Shown here: in pieces, positions 47,925-56,192 of the stretch
How positions within the stretch are numbered: position 1 is the first letter of the stretch
Layout: every line of letters starts with the position of its first letter
From: Candidatus Acidiferrum sp.
GTDB taxonomy: Bacteria > Acidobacteriota > Terriglobia > Acidiferrales > UBA7541
Length of the DNA stretch: 64,000 nucleotides
NCBI GenBank assembly: GCA_049516615.1
Contig: JBEKSZ010000004.1
Coordinates: 3,170 to 67,169 of the forward strand
Reading direction: 5' to 3'
Translations under genes and position numbers: made by a program
The notes under the pieces: model-generated
The model's input: the letters and a program-made list of their open reading frames with translations, nothing else
What the model was told of the DNA's origin: nothing
Databases searched by the model: none

Positions 47925-50900
47925 ATGTCTACGCGATCTTCTCCGCCCAAAAACATCGCCCGCATTCTGACCTGCTTTTTCTTTTCCGGCGCTGCCGGTC
48001 TCATCTACCAGGTGGCGTGGGTAGAGTCGCTCGGTTTGATCTTTGGCCACACGGTTTACGCGATTGCCACCGTTCTGGCCGTTTTCATGGCGGGTCTGAC
48101 CGCCGGCAGTGCGCTGATTGGTCGCTGGAGCGAGGCCCGCGCGGAACCCATCGTTTTGTACACCTGGGTCGAATTTCTAGTCGCCGCTACCGGGGCGCTT
48201 TCGCTCGCGGAGCTGGCCGGCCTTCGCTGGCTCTATCTGGCCGCGTACCCAATCGTCACCCACTCAAACGTCACGCAACTCGCCTGGCTCCTGCTGGCGC
48301 TGCGATTTCTTGGCGCGGCGGCGGTGATGTTCATCCCTACTTTCTTGATGGGCGGCACACTGCCCATTCTTACTCGCGCGGTCACCCGCACCTCGGTCGA
48401 ACTCGGTGCCCGCGTCAGTCAGCTCTATTGGGTCAACGCGCTCGGCGCTGTGGCCGGCACCTTGCTCTGCGGCTTCATCCTGCTTCCCAGCGTGGGCCTG
48501 CGTGCCACCGTCGGCTGCGCAGTGCTTCTCAATATCCTTGCCGGCGTCATCGCCGTTCAAATTCCAAAAGCAAAGCCACCCGCACCCGCGGCTCCGCCAA
48601 TCGCAACTTTGGCCCCGCTCGATCGCGAGCCAGCGCAACCCGCCTTCGCGTTTTTGCTCTGCATTTTCGCGGTCGTGGGGAGCACGGCCTTCGCCTACGA
48701 AATCGCCTGGACGCGCCTGCTGGCCATCAGCATCAGCAGCTCCACTTACGCATTCACGCTCATGCTGGCGACATTTCTGACAGGAACGGTGCTCGGCAGC
48801 GCGCTCTTTCACCGCTTTTCCGTCCGGGCCCAGCAATCCTCGGTTACCACTTTTTCCCGAACGCAAACCGGGATCGGAATCGCGGCCATTTCTTCGCTCA
48901 TCTTGTTCCGCTGGATCCCCGCCCTTGTTCCTCTCGTCCTGCGCGCCACGCATCAAACCTTCGCCGGCTTGCTCCTGGCGCAATTCCTTACCGCGGCCCT
49001 CACGGTGCTTCCCGTGGCCACGGTTTTCGGCTTCAATTTCCCCGCGGTGATCGTCCTGCTCAATCGCAGCGCGCGCCACAACTCCGCCAGTTCCGTCACG
49101 GTTGGGCAGGCTTACGCGGCAAACACCCTCGGCGCCATCTTCGGCTCGCTGGTCACCGGTTTCTGCCTGGTTCCATGGCTGGGCGCTTTTCGCGTGATCG
49201 CCCTGACTGCGGGAGTGAATCTTCTGCTGGCTGTGGCGCTCGAGATGCGCGTGCCTAGGCGCCGCTGGACGCCTGTGGCGTTGAATGTAGTCTGCGTAGT
49301 GTTCGCCGTATCCGTCGCTGCCTCTTCCTTCTTCTACAACCGTTCCCTGCTCTCTTTATCTGCGGTGCTCTACGGCAATTCCTATCGTGGTCTCCTGAAT
49401 CTTGGCGAGGTAGCGGAAACCAACGCACTGGTCTTCGCCGCCGACGGCGTGAACGACTCTGTGGCGGTTTTTCGCTCCGACAACTACGTGGCGCTGCGCG
49501 TCAACGGCAAAGTGGACGCCTCGACCGGCGACGCGCGCACCCAGCTCCTGCTGGGCCACCTCGGTGCGGCGTTCGACCCGGCCCCGCGCCGCGTGCTGAT
49601 TATCGGCTTTGGCAGCGGCATGACGGCTTCGGCGGTGGCGCGCTATCCGGGCGTCGAGCGCATCGACTGCATCGAAATCGAGCCGGCGGTAATCCGCGCC
49701 GCGCCGTACCTGGCGAGCCTCAACCGTGGCGTTCTGAGCGATTCGCGCGTGCACATCATTTTCGACGACGCGCGGAATTTTCTCCTGACCTCCCGAGGCA
49801 AGTACGACTTGATTATTTCCGAGCCTTCCAATCCATGGATCGCGGGCATCGCCACCCTTTTCACCGGGGAGTTCTACTCCGCGGTCCGCCGGCAGCTGAG
49901 TCCCGGCGGCAAGTTCGTGCAGTGGGTGCAATCCTACGCCCTGGCGCCCACCGACCTGCGCATGATTTTCGCTACGCTCGCTCCGCATTTTCCCGAAGTC
50001 ACTCTCTGGCGGGCGGAAGGGCCGGATCTGCTGTTGCTGGCCCGCACGGATGCAGCACCGCTGCAGTTCACCCGCCTCCGCACGCTGTGGCCGAATCAAC
50101 CGCTGCGGGACGATTTTGCCGCCATGGATGTCCAACAGCCTGCCGGGTTGGTGGCCTACTTTCTCCTCGACGATCCTGAAGTACGAAAACTTGCGCAGGG
50201 TAGCGCGCCGAACACCGACGATCTGACCCTGCTCGAATATCACGCGCCTAAAACCATGCTGCTGCCCGACCTGTCGCACGCCAATCACGACCTCATCGCA
50301 CAATTTCGCACCGGGCCGCTGCCCGCCAATCTGGATCCTGCCGAGGTTTCGCGGGCGCTCGAATCGGGGGCCGCGACGGCGTTGGATCTTGGCGACCTGC
50401 CCAACGCCAAGAGCTTTTTGCAATTGATGAACTCGCATCCGCCTTCGGCAACGTTTTATCTGCTCGAAGGTCGCCTGGCCAGCCTCGAAGGTCGCCTGCC
50501 CGAGGCCGAATTCGATTTAAGGTCCGCTCTCAAGCTAGACACCGACCGCCCCGAGACCCAGCATTGGCTGGCTCTTGTCGAGCACCGGTTGGGCAACGAG
50601 GGCCAAGCGCGCGCGATGGTGGACCAAATCCTCGCAAAACATCCGCGCTATTTGCCCGCGCTGACCGACGAAATGGAGTTTGCCGCCGCGCGTCAGGATT
50701 TCCGCATCGCGCTGCTCGCACAGCTCAATCGCATGATGGTGATGCCCGATCCTCCCGCGCCCGAATACTGCCGGCTGGCTGCGATCTGGATGAAACTCGC
50801 AGAACCGGGCGAAGCCGAACCCGTGCTGCAGAGAGGCATGCGCAAAGACCCCTACAGCTACGCCTGCAATCTCGAGCTCGGTGAGTTGTACCGCGAGACG

Positions 50901-51101
50901 GGCCGGTTTGCGGAAGCCCGCCAGCACCTGGAACTGGTAATCCGCTTGTACCCCGACTACGATGCCACGACGTTTCGCACGCTGGCGGGTATTGAAACCA
51001 TTCTCGGGGACCGCCGCGCTGCCAAGGCCCTGCTCCGCAAGGGCTTGCGATTCTTCCCGGGCGACGCCGAGCTGCAGCACGCTGCGGCCGGCAAGTATTG
51101 A
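47925..51101 (+). CDS. Fused MFS-like membrane / spermidine-synthase-like SAM domain protein with C-terminal TPRs
   Basis: FFFSGAAGLIYQVAW, GGTLP, YAANTLGAI.G, NGKVDAS, VLIIGFGSGMT, EIEP, DDARNF, YDLIISEPSNPW, NTDD...LEY, then TPRs. Confidence 0.9.
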   Translation: MSTRSSPPKNIARILTCFFFSGAAGLIYQVAWVESLGLIFGHTVYAIATVLAVFMAGLTAGSALIGRWSEARAEPIVLYTWVEFLVAATGALSLAELAGLRWLYLAAYPIVTHSNVTQLAWLLLALRFLGAAAVMFIPTFLMGGTLPILTRAVTRTSVELGARVSQLYWVNALGAVAGTLLCGFILLPSVGLRATVGCAVLLNILAGVIAVQIPKAKPPAPAAPPIATLAPLDREPAQPAFAFLLCIFAVVGSTAFAYEIAWTRLLAISISSSTYAFTLMLATFLTGTVLGSALFHRFSVRAQQSSVTTFSRTQTGIGIAAISSLILFRWIPALVPLVLRATHQTFAGLLLAQFLTAALTVLPVATVFGFNFPAVIVLLNRSARHNSASSVTVGQAYAANTLGAIFGSLVTGFCLVPWLGAFRVIALTAGVNLLLAVALEMRVPRRRWTPVALNVVCVVFAVSVAASSFFYNRSLLSLSAVLYGNSYRGLLNLGEVAETNALVFAADGVNDSVAVFRSDNYVALRVNGKVDASTGDARTQLLLGHLGAAFDPAPRRVLIIGFGSGMTASAVARYPGVERIDCIEIEPAVIRAAPYLASLNRGVLSDSRVHIIFDDARNFLLTSRGKYDLIISEPSNPWIAGIATLFTGEFYSAVRRQLSPGGKFVQWVQSYALAPTDLRMIFATLAPHFPEVTLWRAEGPDLLLLARTDAAPLQFTRLRTLWPNQPLRDDFAAMDVQQPAGLVAYFLLDDPEVRKLAQGSAPNTDDLTLLEYHAPKTMLLPDLSHANHDLIAQFRTGPLPANLDPAEVSRALESGAATALDLGDLPNAKSFLQLMNSHPPSATFYLLEGRLASLEGRLPEAEFDLRSALKLDTDRPETQHWLALVEHRLGNEGQARAMVDQILAKHPRYLPALTDEMEFAAARQDFRIALLAQLNRMMVMPDPPAPEYCRLAAIWMKLAEPGEAEPVLQRGMRKDPYSYACNLELGELYRETGRFAEARQHLELVIRLYPDYDATTFRTLAGIETILGDRRAAKALLRKGLRFFPGDAELQHAAAGKY

Positions 51102-51228
51102 GGCAGCCCGTGGCAAGGGCGGGCGGCGAAGCTGGTCCGCTCTTTAGGCACGGTCTTTCGATTGCGTCCGTCCGGACTGGTTGGATCCGCTATAAAGCGT
51201 CCCTTGAATGCCGCGCCGGAGCTTGCTT

Positions 51229-52812
51229 CTACGGTTCGTACCAGAACTTCACGCTGACGGTCACATGGCCCGCCACTGCCTGACCGTTCTTTATTGCGGG
51301 CTTGTACTGATAGCGCTTTAGTGCCTCAAGGGCTGCCGCATGGAGAGGTGCGGGCCCGGAAATCACATTGGCGGAGGAGACTTTTCCCGAGGCGTCGACC
51401 GCGGCGTCAAATTTCACATCGCCAGTGACGAAATTCTGCACAGCTTCCGGTGGCGGGACGGCATTTACGGCCTTTACGAGCTTTGGCGGTTCATAGCCAT
51501 CCACGTCGTCGGCTGGCGAGGTGGGATCTTCAGTGCTGGTCGACACCATCGCGGCGCCATGTTTCGCGGCGCCCTCAGTGCCCGTCGAGCGCGCCTGTTT
51601 CCGGAGGGCGGCTTCCTCGCCGCTGCGTGTCGGGTCCGCGGCAGCGGCGTTTAAGGCGCCTGTTGCCGTTGCGTCGGTTCCTGTGTCGCTCGCGGTGCTT
51701 GCGGAGCCCGACTTGGAGTCCGTCGCGGGCGATCCATGATCGCCGGGCGCACCTTTCGCCGCCTGGCGCTTGATCGACAAGGGGCGGACAGCGCCTCCCG
51801 TTGAGGCCGCAACGCTATGGTTTGAGAACCAATCTCCCAAGAAGCCCTTTTCATATCCGACGCCGGTTAGAGATACCAGGACCAGTGCAGCGGCAAGCAG
51901 GCGCGTCCTGGCCAGTGTTTTTGCAGCCGCGCCTTCAAGAGCGGGTAGTTCTACGATTTTCTTTGCTGCGCTTGCTCCATCCTCGTTGGGCTCAAGACTC
52001 CCGGCGGTGAGTTCCTCAGGCTGCTCCTCGGTCGAGTTTTGTGCCTCGCCTGTCTCCTCGCGGTGCGCAGAAGTCTCTGCCTCCGCGCTCGCGGCCGGCC
52101 CATCCTGCAAGTTCAAGGATCGCCCTGCGACCACCTCGCCGACCGCCGCCGTCGTCGCAGCCTGCTGTGGTGGCGACAGCAATGCTTGTAAATCGCCGAA
52201 GTCCATCGACGGAACTGGCGTGTCGGCGGAGCGCTTCGGGGTCGCCACCGGTTGCGGCCTGGGTGACTCGTTCTCCAGGAGAGCGCTCAATTGCGTCCCG
52301 AGGTTCGTAACCGGTGGCGCTGACGCTTGATCGTCGGTTGAATTGCTGAGCAGTTCATAGAGATGCGGTTCGGTCTTAGCAAGGGCAACAGCGCCGCGCG
52401 AACCGGCAGCATTTAAAGGGGCATGCGCCACGTCTTGATTGCTCGGAGGTGCGGGAGCCGCGGGCGCGGCGGTCCAGAACCCCGCTGCGGGCTCGGCGAA
52501 CTCCAGCTCCACATAGGCGTTCCCCGCGCCAAAACTGCGCTGGCGGAGCACCCGCGTTACGATCTCTTTCTGGGACATCTTGTGTTTGAGGAATAGCATC
52601 TGGCCCACGGCGATTGCCGCCGAAAGCCGCACCACCGCGCCATCGTCAAACACCAAAGTGGTCAGGGTATCTTCGCTGAATAGCTCGCGCGCCCCGGCAG
52701 CACCAGCGACACTCGCCCCGCTAACCTCAACAGGCACTTCGATCGCTTCCGGCTCGCTCCCCAGCGTCCGGTCCGCTCGCGAGAACCACTTCTCCGTTGA
52801 CATTGCACTCAT
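51229..52812 (-). CDS. TonB C-terminal domain protein with N-terminal PilZ-like domain and central TM helix
   Basis: C-terminal PKLVKAV..VPP.EA....TGDV.....VDASGKV....VISGP..L..AA..AL..Y.YKPA..NG; TM LLAAALVLVSLTGVGY; N-terminal beta domain ending ELEFAEPAAGFW. Confidence 0.85.
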   Translation of the reverse strand: MSAMSTEKWFSRADRTLGSEPEAIEVPVEVSGASVAGAAGARELFSEDTLTTLVFDDGAVVRLSAAIAVGQMLFLKHKMSQKEIVTRVLRQRSFGAGNAYVELEFAEPAAGFWTAAPAAPAPPSNQDVAHAPLNAAGSRGAVALAKTEPHLYELLSNSTDDQASAPPVTNLGTQLSALLENESPRPQPVATPKRSADTPVPSMDFGDLQALLSPPQQAATTAAVGEVVAGRSLNLQDGPAASAEAETSAHREETGEAQNSTEEQPEELTAGSLEPNEDGASAAKKIVELPALEGAAAKTLARTRLLAAALVLVSLTGVGYEKGFLGDWFSNHSVAASTGGAVRPLSIKRQAAKGAPGDHGSPATDSKSGSASTASDTGTDATATGALNAAAADPTRSGEEAALRKQARSTGTEGAAKHGAAMVSTSTEDPTSPADDVDGYEPPKLVKAVNAVPPPEAVQNFVTGDVKFDAAVDASGKVSSANVISGPAPLHAAALEALKRYQYKPAIKNGQAVAGHVTVSVKFWYEP

Positions 52813-53242
52813 ATCCGACGCCAACTCCCTCAGTGTAGATGCGGGCAAAGTGACCGCATCGCTTTTAGAATGTTACTGTTACGAATCGATCTCATCCCGC
52901 CCGTCCCAGCGAAGCAAAGCGGCCGCAAGGGGCCACTGGCGCGCTTCCTTGCCTGACACGCGATTCCCTGCTGTCCTCCTTCGGCCTTAGCCGAACAAGC
53001 CGGTCTTTTGCGCGAATCCGAGATCCCCAGTGCCGGCCTTGGCGGTCAGCTCTGCAGCTGGCTGCACAGGTCACCATCTTGCCGACCGCGATGTTTGGGC
53101 ACAATAGTCCGGCAGTACTGGTGGGATCCAACCAGCGGCGCAGGTCAGGGCCAGCCGTCTGGAGGCGGCGAACGCTCTCTCGGGCTGGGGCAATCCTGGT
53201 CTTGGGGCCCTCCCCTCCAAGATTCTAGGGCCGGGACCCCGG

Positions 53243-54346
53243 TCAGGCTGAAGCAGCCCGCGCAACGACCTGTGGCAGGACCTTTATGGCGCGCTCGATT
53301 CCCGCGCGATCGACGTCGCAGTGGGTGACGAAGCGAACGGAGAACAGCGCGGTGTCCTGGGCGAGAACGCCATGGGCCGCGAGGGCGTCGCAGAATTGCA
53401 CGGCGGTCATCCCGGTCATCGAGCAATCGAAGATGAGAATGTTGGTGCGCACTTTGGCAGCCTCGACGCTCAGGCCGGGAGTGGCGGCCACCGCTTCGGC
53501 GAGCAACTTGGCGTTCTCGTGGTCGACGTGCAGGCGCTTGGGCGATTTTTCGAGCGCCAGCAACCCCGCCGCCGCCAGTACGCCTGCCTGACGCATGCCG
53601 CCGCCGAACATTTTGCGATAGACGCGGCCCCGTTCGATGAATTCGCGCGAAGCAGCGATCATGGAGCCGACCGGGGCGCCCAGCCCCTTGGAAAGGCAAA
53701 ACATGACCGAGTCGACCTTGCGCGTTAGCTGCGCGACGCTCTCACCGAGCGCGACCGAGGCATTGAAAATACGGGCGCCATCGAGATGCACTTTCAGATC
53801 CGCGGCGTGCGCGTGTTCGCAAATGTCTGCGATTTGCGCGGCGGTGTAAAGCATGCCGCCCGCCATGTTATGCGAATTTTCCAGGCACACAAGCGCGCTT
53901 TGCGAGTCGTAATAGATTTTCGGGCGAATGACGGCTTCGATGAGCTTCCAGTTGAGAACACCGTCCTCACCGCGAGCCACGCGCGGCATACAACCGGCGA
54001 TCGCGGACATGGAGGCCAGTTCGTAGAGATTTACGTGACTTTTTTCGTCACAAATCACTTCATCCCCGTGATGGGTCCAGATCTTTATGGCAATCAGATT
54101 CCCCATGCAGCCCGTGGGAACAAACAGCGCGGCTTCTTTCTCGAAGATTTCGGAGGCCCGTTTTTCGAGATGATTTACGGTGGGGTCTTCGCCGTAGACG
54201 TCGTCGCCGACCTCGGCCCGGGCCATGGCTTCGCGCATCTCCGCCGTCGGGCGCGTGAGCGTGTCGCTGCGGAGGTCTACGGCAGTTCGCAGAGTTTCGG
54301 GAGTGAGTCCCTGCACGGTATTGGTTCGGATGGTGTCGCCGCTCAT
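53243..54346 (-). CDS. ltaE: Low-specificity L-threonine aldolase
   Basis: DLRSDT.T.PT, VGDDVYGEDPT, CLENSHN, HLDGARIFNA, CLSKGLGAPVGS, GGGMRQAG. Confidence 0.94.
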   Translation of the reverse strand: MSGDTIRTNTVQGLTPETLRTAVDLRSDTLTRPTAEMREAMARAEVGDDVYGEDPTVNHLEKRASEIFEKEAALFVPTGCMGNLIAIKIWTHHGDEVICDEKSHVNLYELASMSAIAGCMPRVARGEDGVLNWKLIEAVIRPKIYYDSQSALVCLENSHNMAGGMLYTAAQIADICEHAHAADLKVHLDGARIFNASVALGESVAQLTRKVDSVMFCLSKGLGAPVGSMIAASREFIERGRVYRKMFGGGMRQAGVLAAAGLLALEKSPKRLHVDHENAKLLAEAVAATPGLSVEAAKVRTNILIFDCSMTGMTAVQFCDALAAHGVLAQDTALFSVRFVTHCDVDRAGIERAIKVLPQVVARAASA

Positions 54347-54386
54347 GTGATTCTCTGCCCTATTACCGCTGATTTGCCCGCACGGC

Positions 54387-55556
54387 TCAGCGCATCAGTT
54401 CGACAAAAACTTCGTTCGAGATGCTCAAGTGCTGCGGCGCGAGGCGCACGATATCGCCGCGGCGTTCGAGCAAGCCCTGCCTGGCAAGGGGTTCAAAGCG
54501 CGATGCGAGTTGTACGCCGTACACGCGCTCGATTTTTGCGGCATCGATGCCCTCAAGTTGGCGTAAGCCAAGGAATAATTCCTCTTCGAGCGCGCGTTCA
54601 GGGGAAAGGATTTCGTGCTGCTCCGCAGGCAGGCGGGATTCTTCGAGCGCCTGGACATAATCCGCGGCGTCGTGAACGTTGCCCCAGCGATGCTGTGCGA
54701 CAAAGGAGTGTGCGCCGGCTCCAAAGCCCAAGTAAGGTTCGCGGCGCCAATACTTCCGATTGTGACGCGACTCGTATCCCGGCTTGCCCCAATTGGAGAT
54801 TTCATAGTGGTGATAGCCCGCGGCAGCCAAATGCTCCTGGGCCGTTTCGTAGAAGTTGGCCATCTCGTCTTCGCCAGGAATATCCCTCGCGCTGTAACGG
54901 GTGCCCCCTTGCAATACTTCGAGGCCGAGGCGGCTGCCTTCGTCGATTTCCAGCAGATAGACCGAGACGTGCTCGGGCTGCAGGTTGGCAAGTTCCTCGA
55001 GCGATTGGTGCCAGCTGGCGGCCGTCTGATGCGGAAGCCCGGCGATGAGATCGAAGCTGATATTGCGAATTCCCGCGTTCCGCAGGATCGGCACCGCGCG
55101 ATAGATGTCCGCGCGACGATGCATGCGGCCTGAAGCAAGCAGTTCCTTGTCGATGAACGATTGCAAGCCGAAGCTGACGCGATTGACGCCCAGAGAGACC
55201 CACGCCGTGGCTTTGCCGGCGTCGATGGTTTCGGGATCGGCTTCGAGAGTCACTTCCGGCGCGGACCATGCGAAGGTTTCCTGCATTGCGCCGAGCATAC
55301 TAGCGATGTGCCGCGGATCAAGCAGGCTGGGAGTGCCGCCGCCGATATAGACGCTGTCGACGGTCATCGCGGCCAGCGCGTCCGCGACTCCGATTTTCGC
55401 CTGTTCGTAGAGCTGAGAAAGCTTCCGGACCTCGTGGCAAACGGCATCCACATAGGGGGCGAATCGCGATGAGGCGACTACGCCGGTATGAAAATTGCAA
55501 TAGGTGCACTTTGTCTGGCAGAAAGGCACCTGCACGTAGATTCCGAGCGGCGGCAT
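54387..55556 (-). CDS. hemW: Radical SAM heme chaperone HemW (HemN-like)
   Basis: PFCQTKCTYCNF, GGGTPS, EADP, NRVSFGLQSF, DLIAGLP.QT, YEISNW, HNRKYW. Confidence 0.9.
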   Translation of the reverse strand: MPPLGIYVQVPFCQTKCTYCNFHTGVVASSRFAPYVDAVCHEVRKLSQLYEQAKIGVADALAAMTVDSVYIGGGTPSLLDPRHIASMLGAMQETFAWSAPEVTLEADPETIDAGKATAWVSLGVNRVSFGLQSFIDKELLASGRMHRRADIYRAVPILRNAGIRNISFDLIAGLPHQTAASWHQSLEELANLQPEHVSVYLLEIDEGSRLGLEVLQGGTRYSARDIPGEDEMANFYETAQEHLAAAGYHHYEISNWGKPGYESRHNRKYWRREPYLGFGAGAHSFVAQHRWGNVHDAADYVQALEESRLPAEQHEILSPERALEEELFLGLRQLEGIDAAKIERVYGVQLASRFEPLARQGLLERRGDIVRLAPQHLSISNEVFVELMR

Positions 55557-55565
55557 GGAAACAAA

Positions 55566-55574
55566 ACTCTAGCA
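55566..55574 (-). promoter_or_regulatory. Extended -10 box of a probable leaderless hemW promoter
   Basis: TG-C-TAGAGT 9 nt upstream of ATG 55556. Confidence 0.45.
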
Positions 55575-55644
55575 TATCGGCGAGATGCGCGGACAGCGGC
55601 CCGCGCAGGCGGCGACGGCGGTTGTACCTGGCCTGGTCCGCCGG

Positions 55645-56046
55645 CTAATCGCGGTCAGGCGCGACTTTCACGTACAGCCTGCGGTCGCGCGGGCCATCGA
55701 ATTCGCAGAAGAAGATGCCCTGCCAGCGACCGAGAAGCAGTCGGCCATTTTCGATGAAAACGGTTCGGCTTGCGCCGACAAGGATGGCTTTCATGTGCGA
55801 GTCGGAGTTTCCCTCGCCATGCTTGTAGGGGCCGCGGAGGGGCACCAGACGATCGAAAATACCCTCCACATCTGCGGCCACATCAGGGTCAGCGTGTTCG
55901 TTGATGGTGACGGCGGCAGTCGTGTGCGGGACGTAGAGATGGCAGATTCCTGTTTTCGCGGCGGCTTTGGTCACGACGGACTCTACTTGCGGGGTGACAT
56001 CGACGAGTTGCGTGCGGCGCTCGGTTTTTATCTGCAGCGTATGCAT
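55645..56046 (-). CDS. yjbQ: YjbQ/UPF0047 family protein
   Basis: PHTTA.VTINE.ADPDV..D, HGEGNSDSH.K, LGRWQGIFFCEFDGPR.R. Confidence 0.93.
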   Translation of the reverse strand: MHTLQIKTERRTQLVDVTPQVESVVTKAAAKTGICHLYVPHTTAAVTINEHADPDVAADVEGIFDRLVPLRGPYKHGEGNSDSHMKAILVGASRTVFIENGRLLLGRWQGIFFCEFDGPRDRRLYVKVAPDRD

Positions 56047-56192
56047 CGGTGAATGGCCTCTTTATCAGGGAATTCAGCAACCGGAAAACGCCCCGGGGGC
56101 TTTCAGGGTGCGGGAGCCCGCTTTCTGCTATCACGTCCCTCACGCTCCGGCAAATCGCTAAAGGGTCAGCAGGGCCGCCACCCGCGAAAAGC

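Noticed and set aside
50463-50498. 15-bp direct repeat CTCGAAGGTCGCCTG with 21-nt period
   Set aside because: In-frame micro-duplication (LEGRL twice) within a TPR helix; no sign of a mobile or regulatory role.
52980-53240. Possible RNase P, 6S, tmRNA or c-di-GMP riboswitch here or at 57850-58340
   Set aside because: Diagnostic conserved sequences of these families were not found; kept only as unnamed structured candidates.
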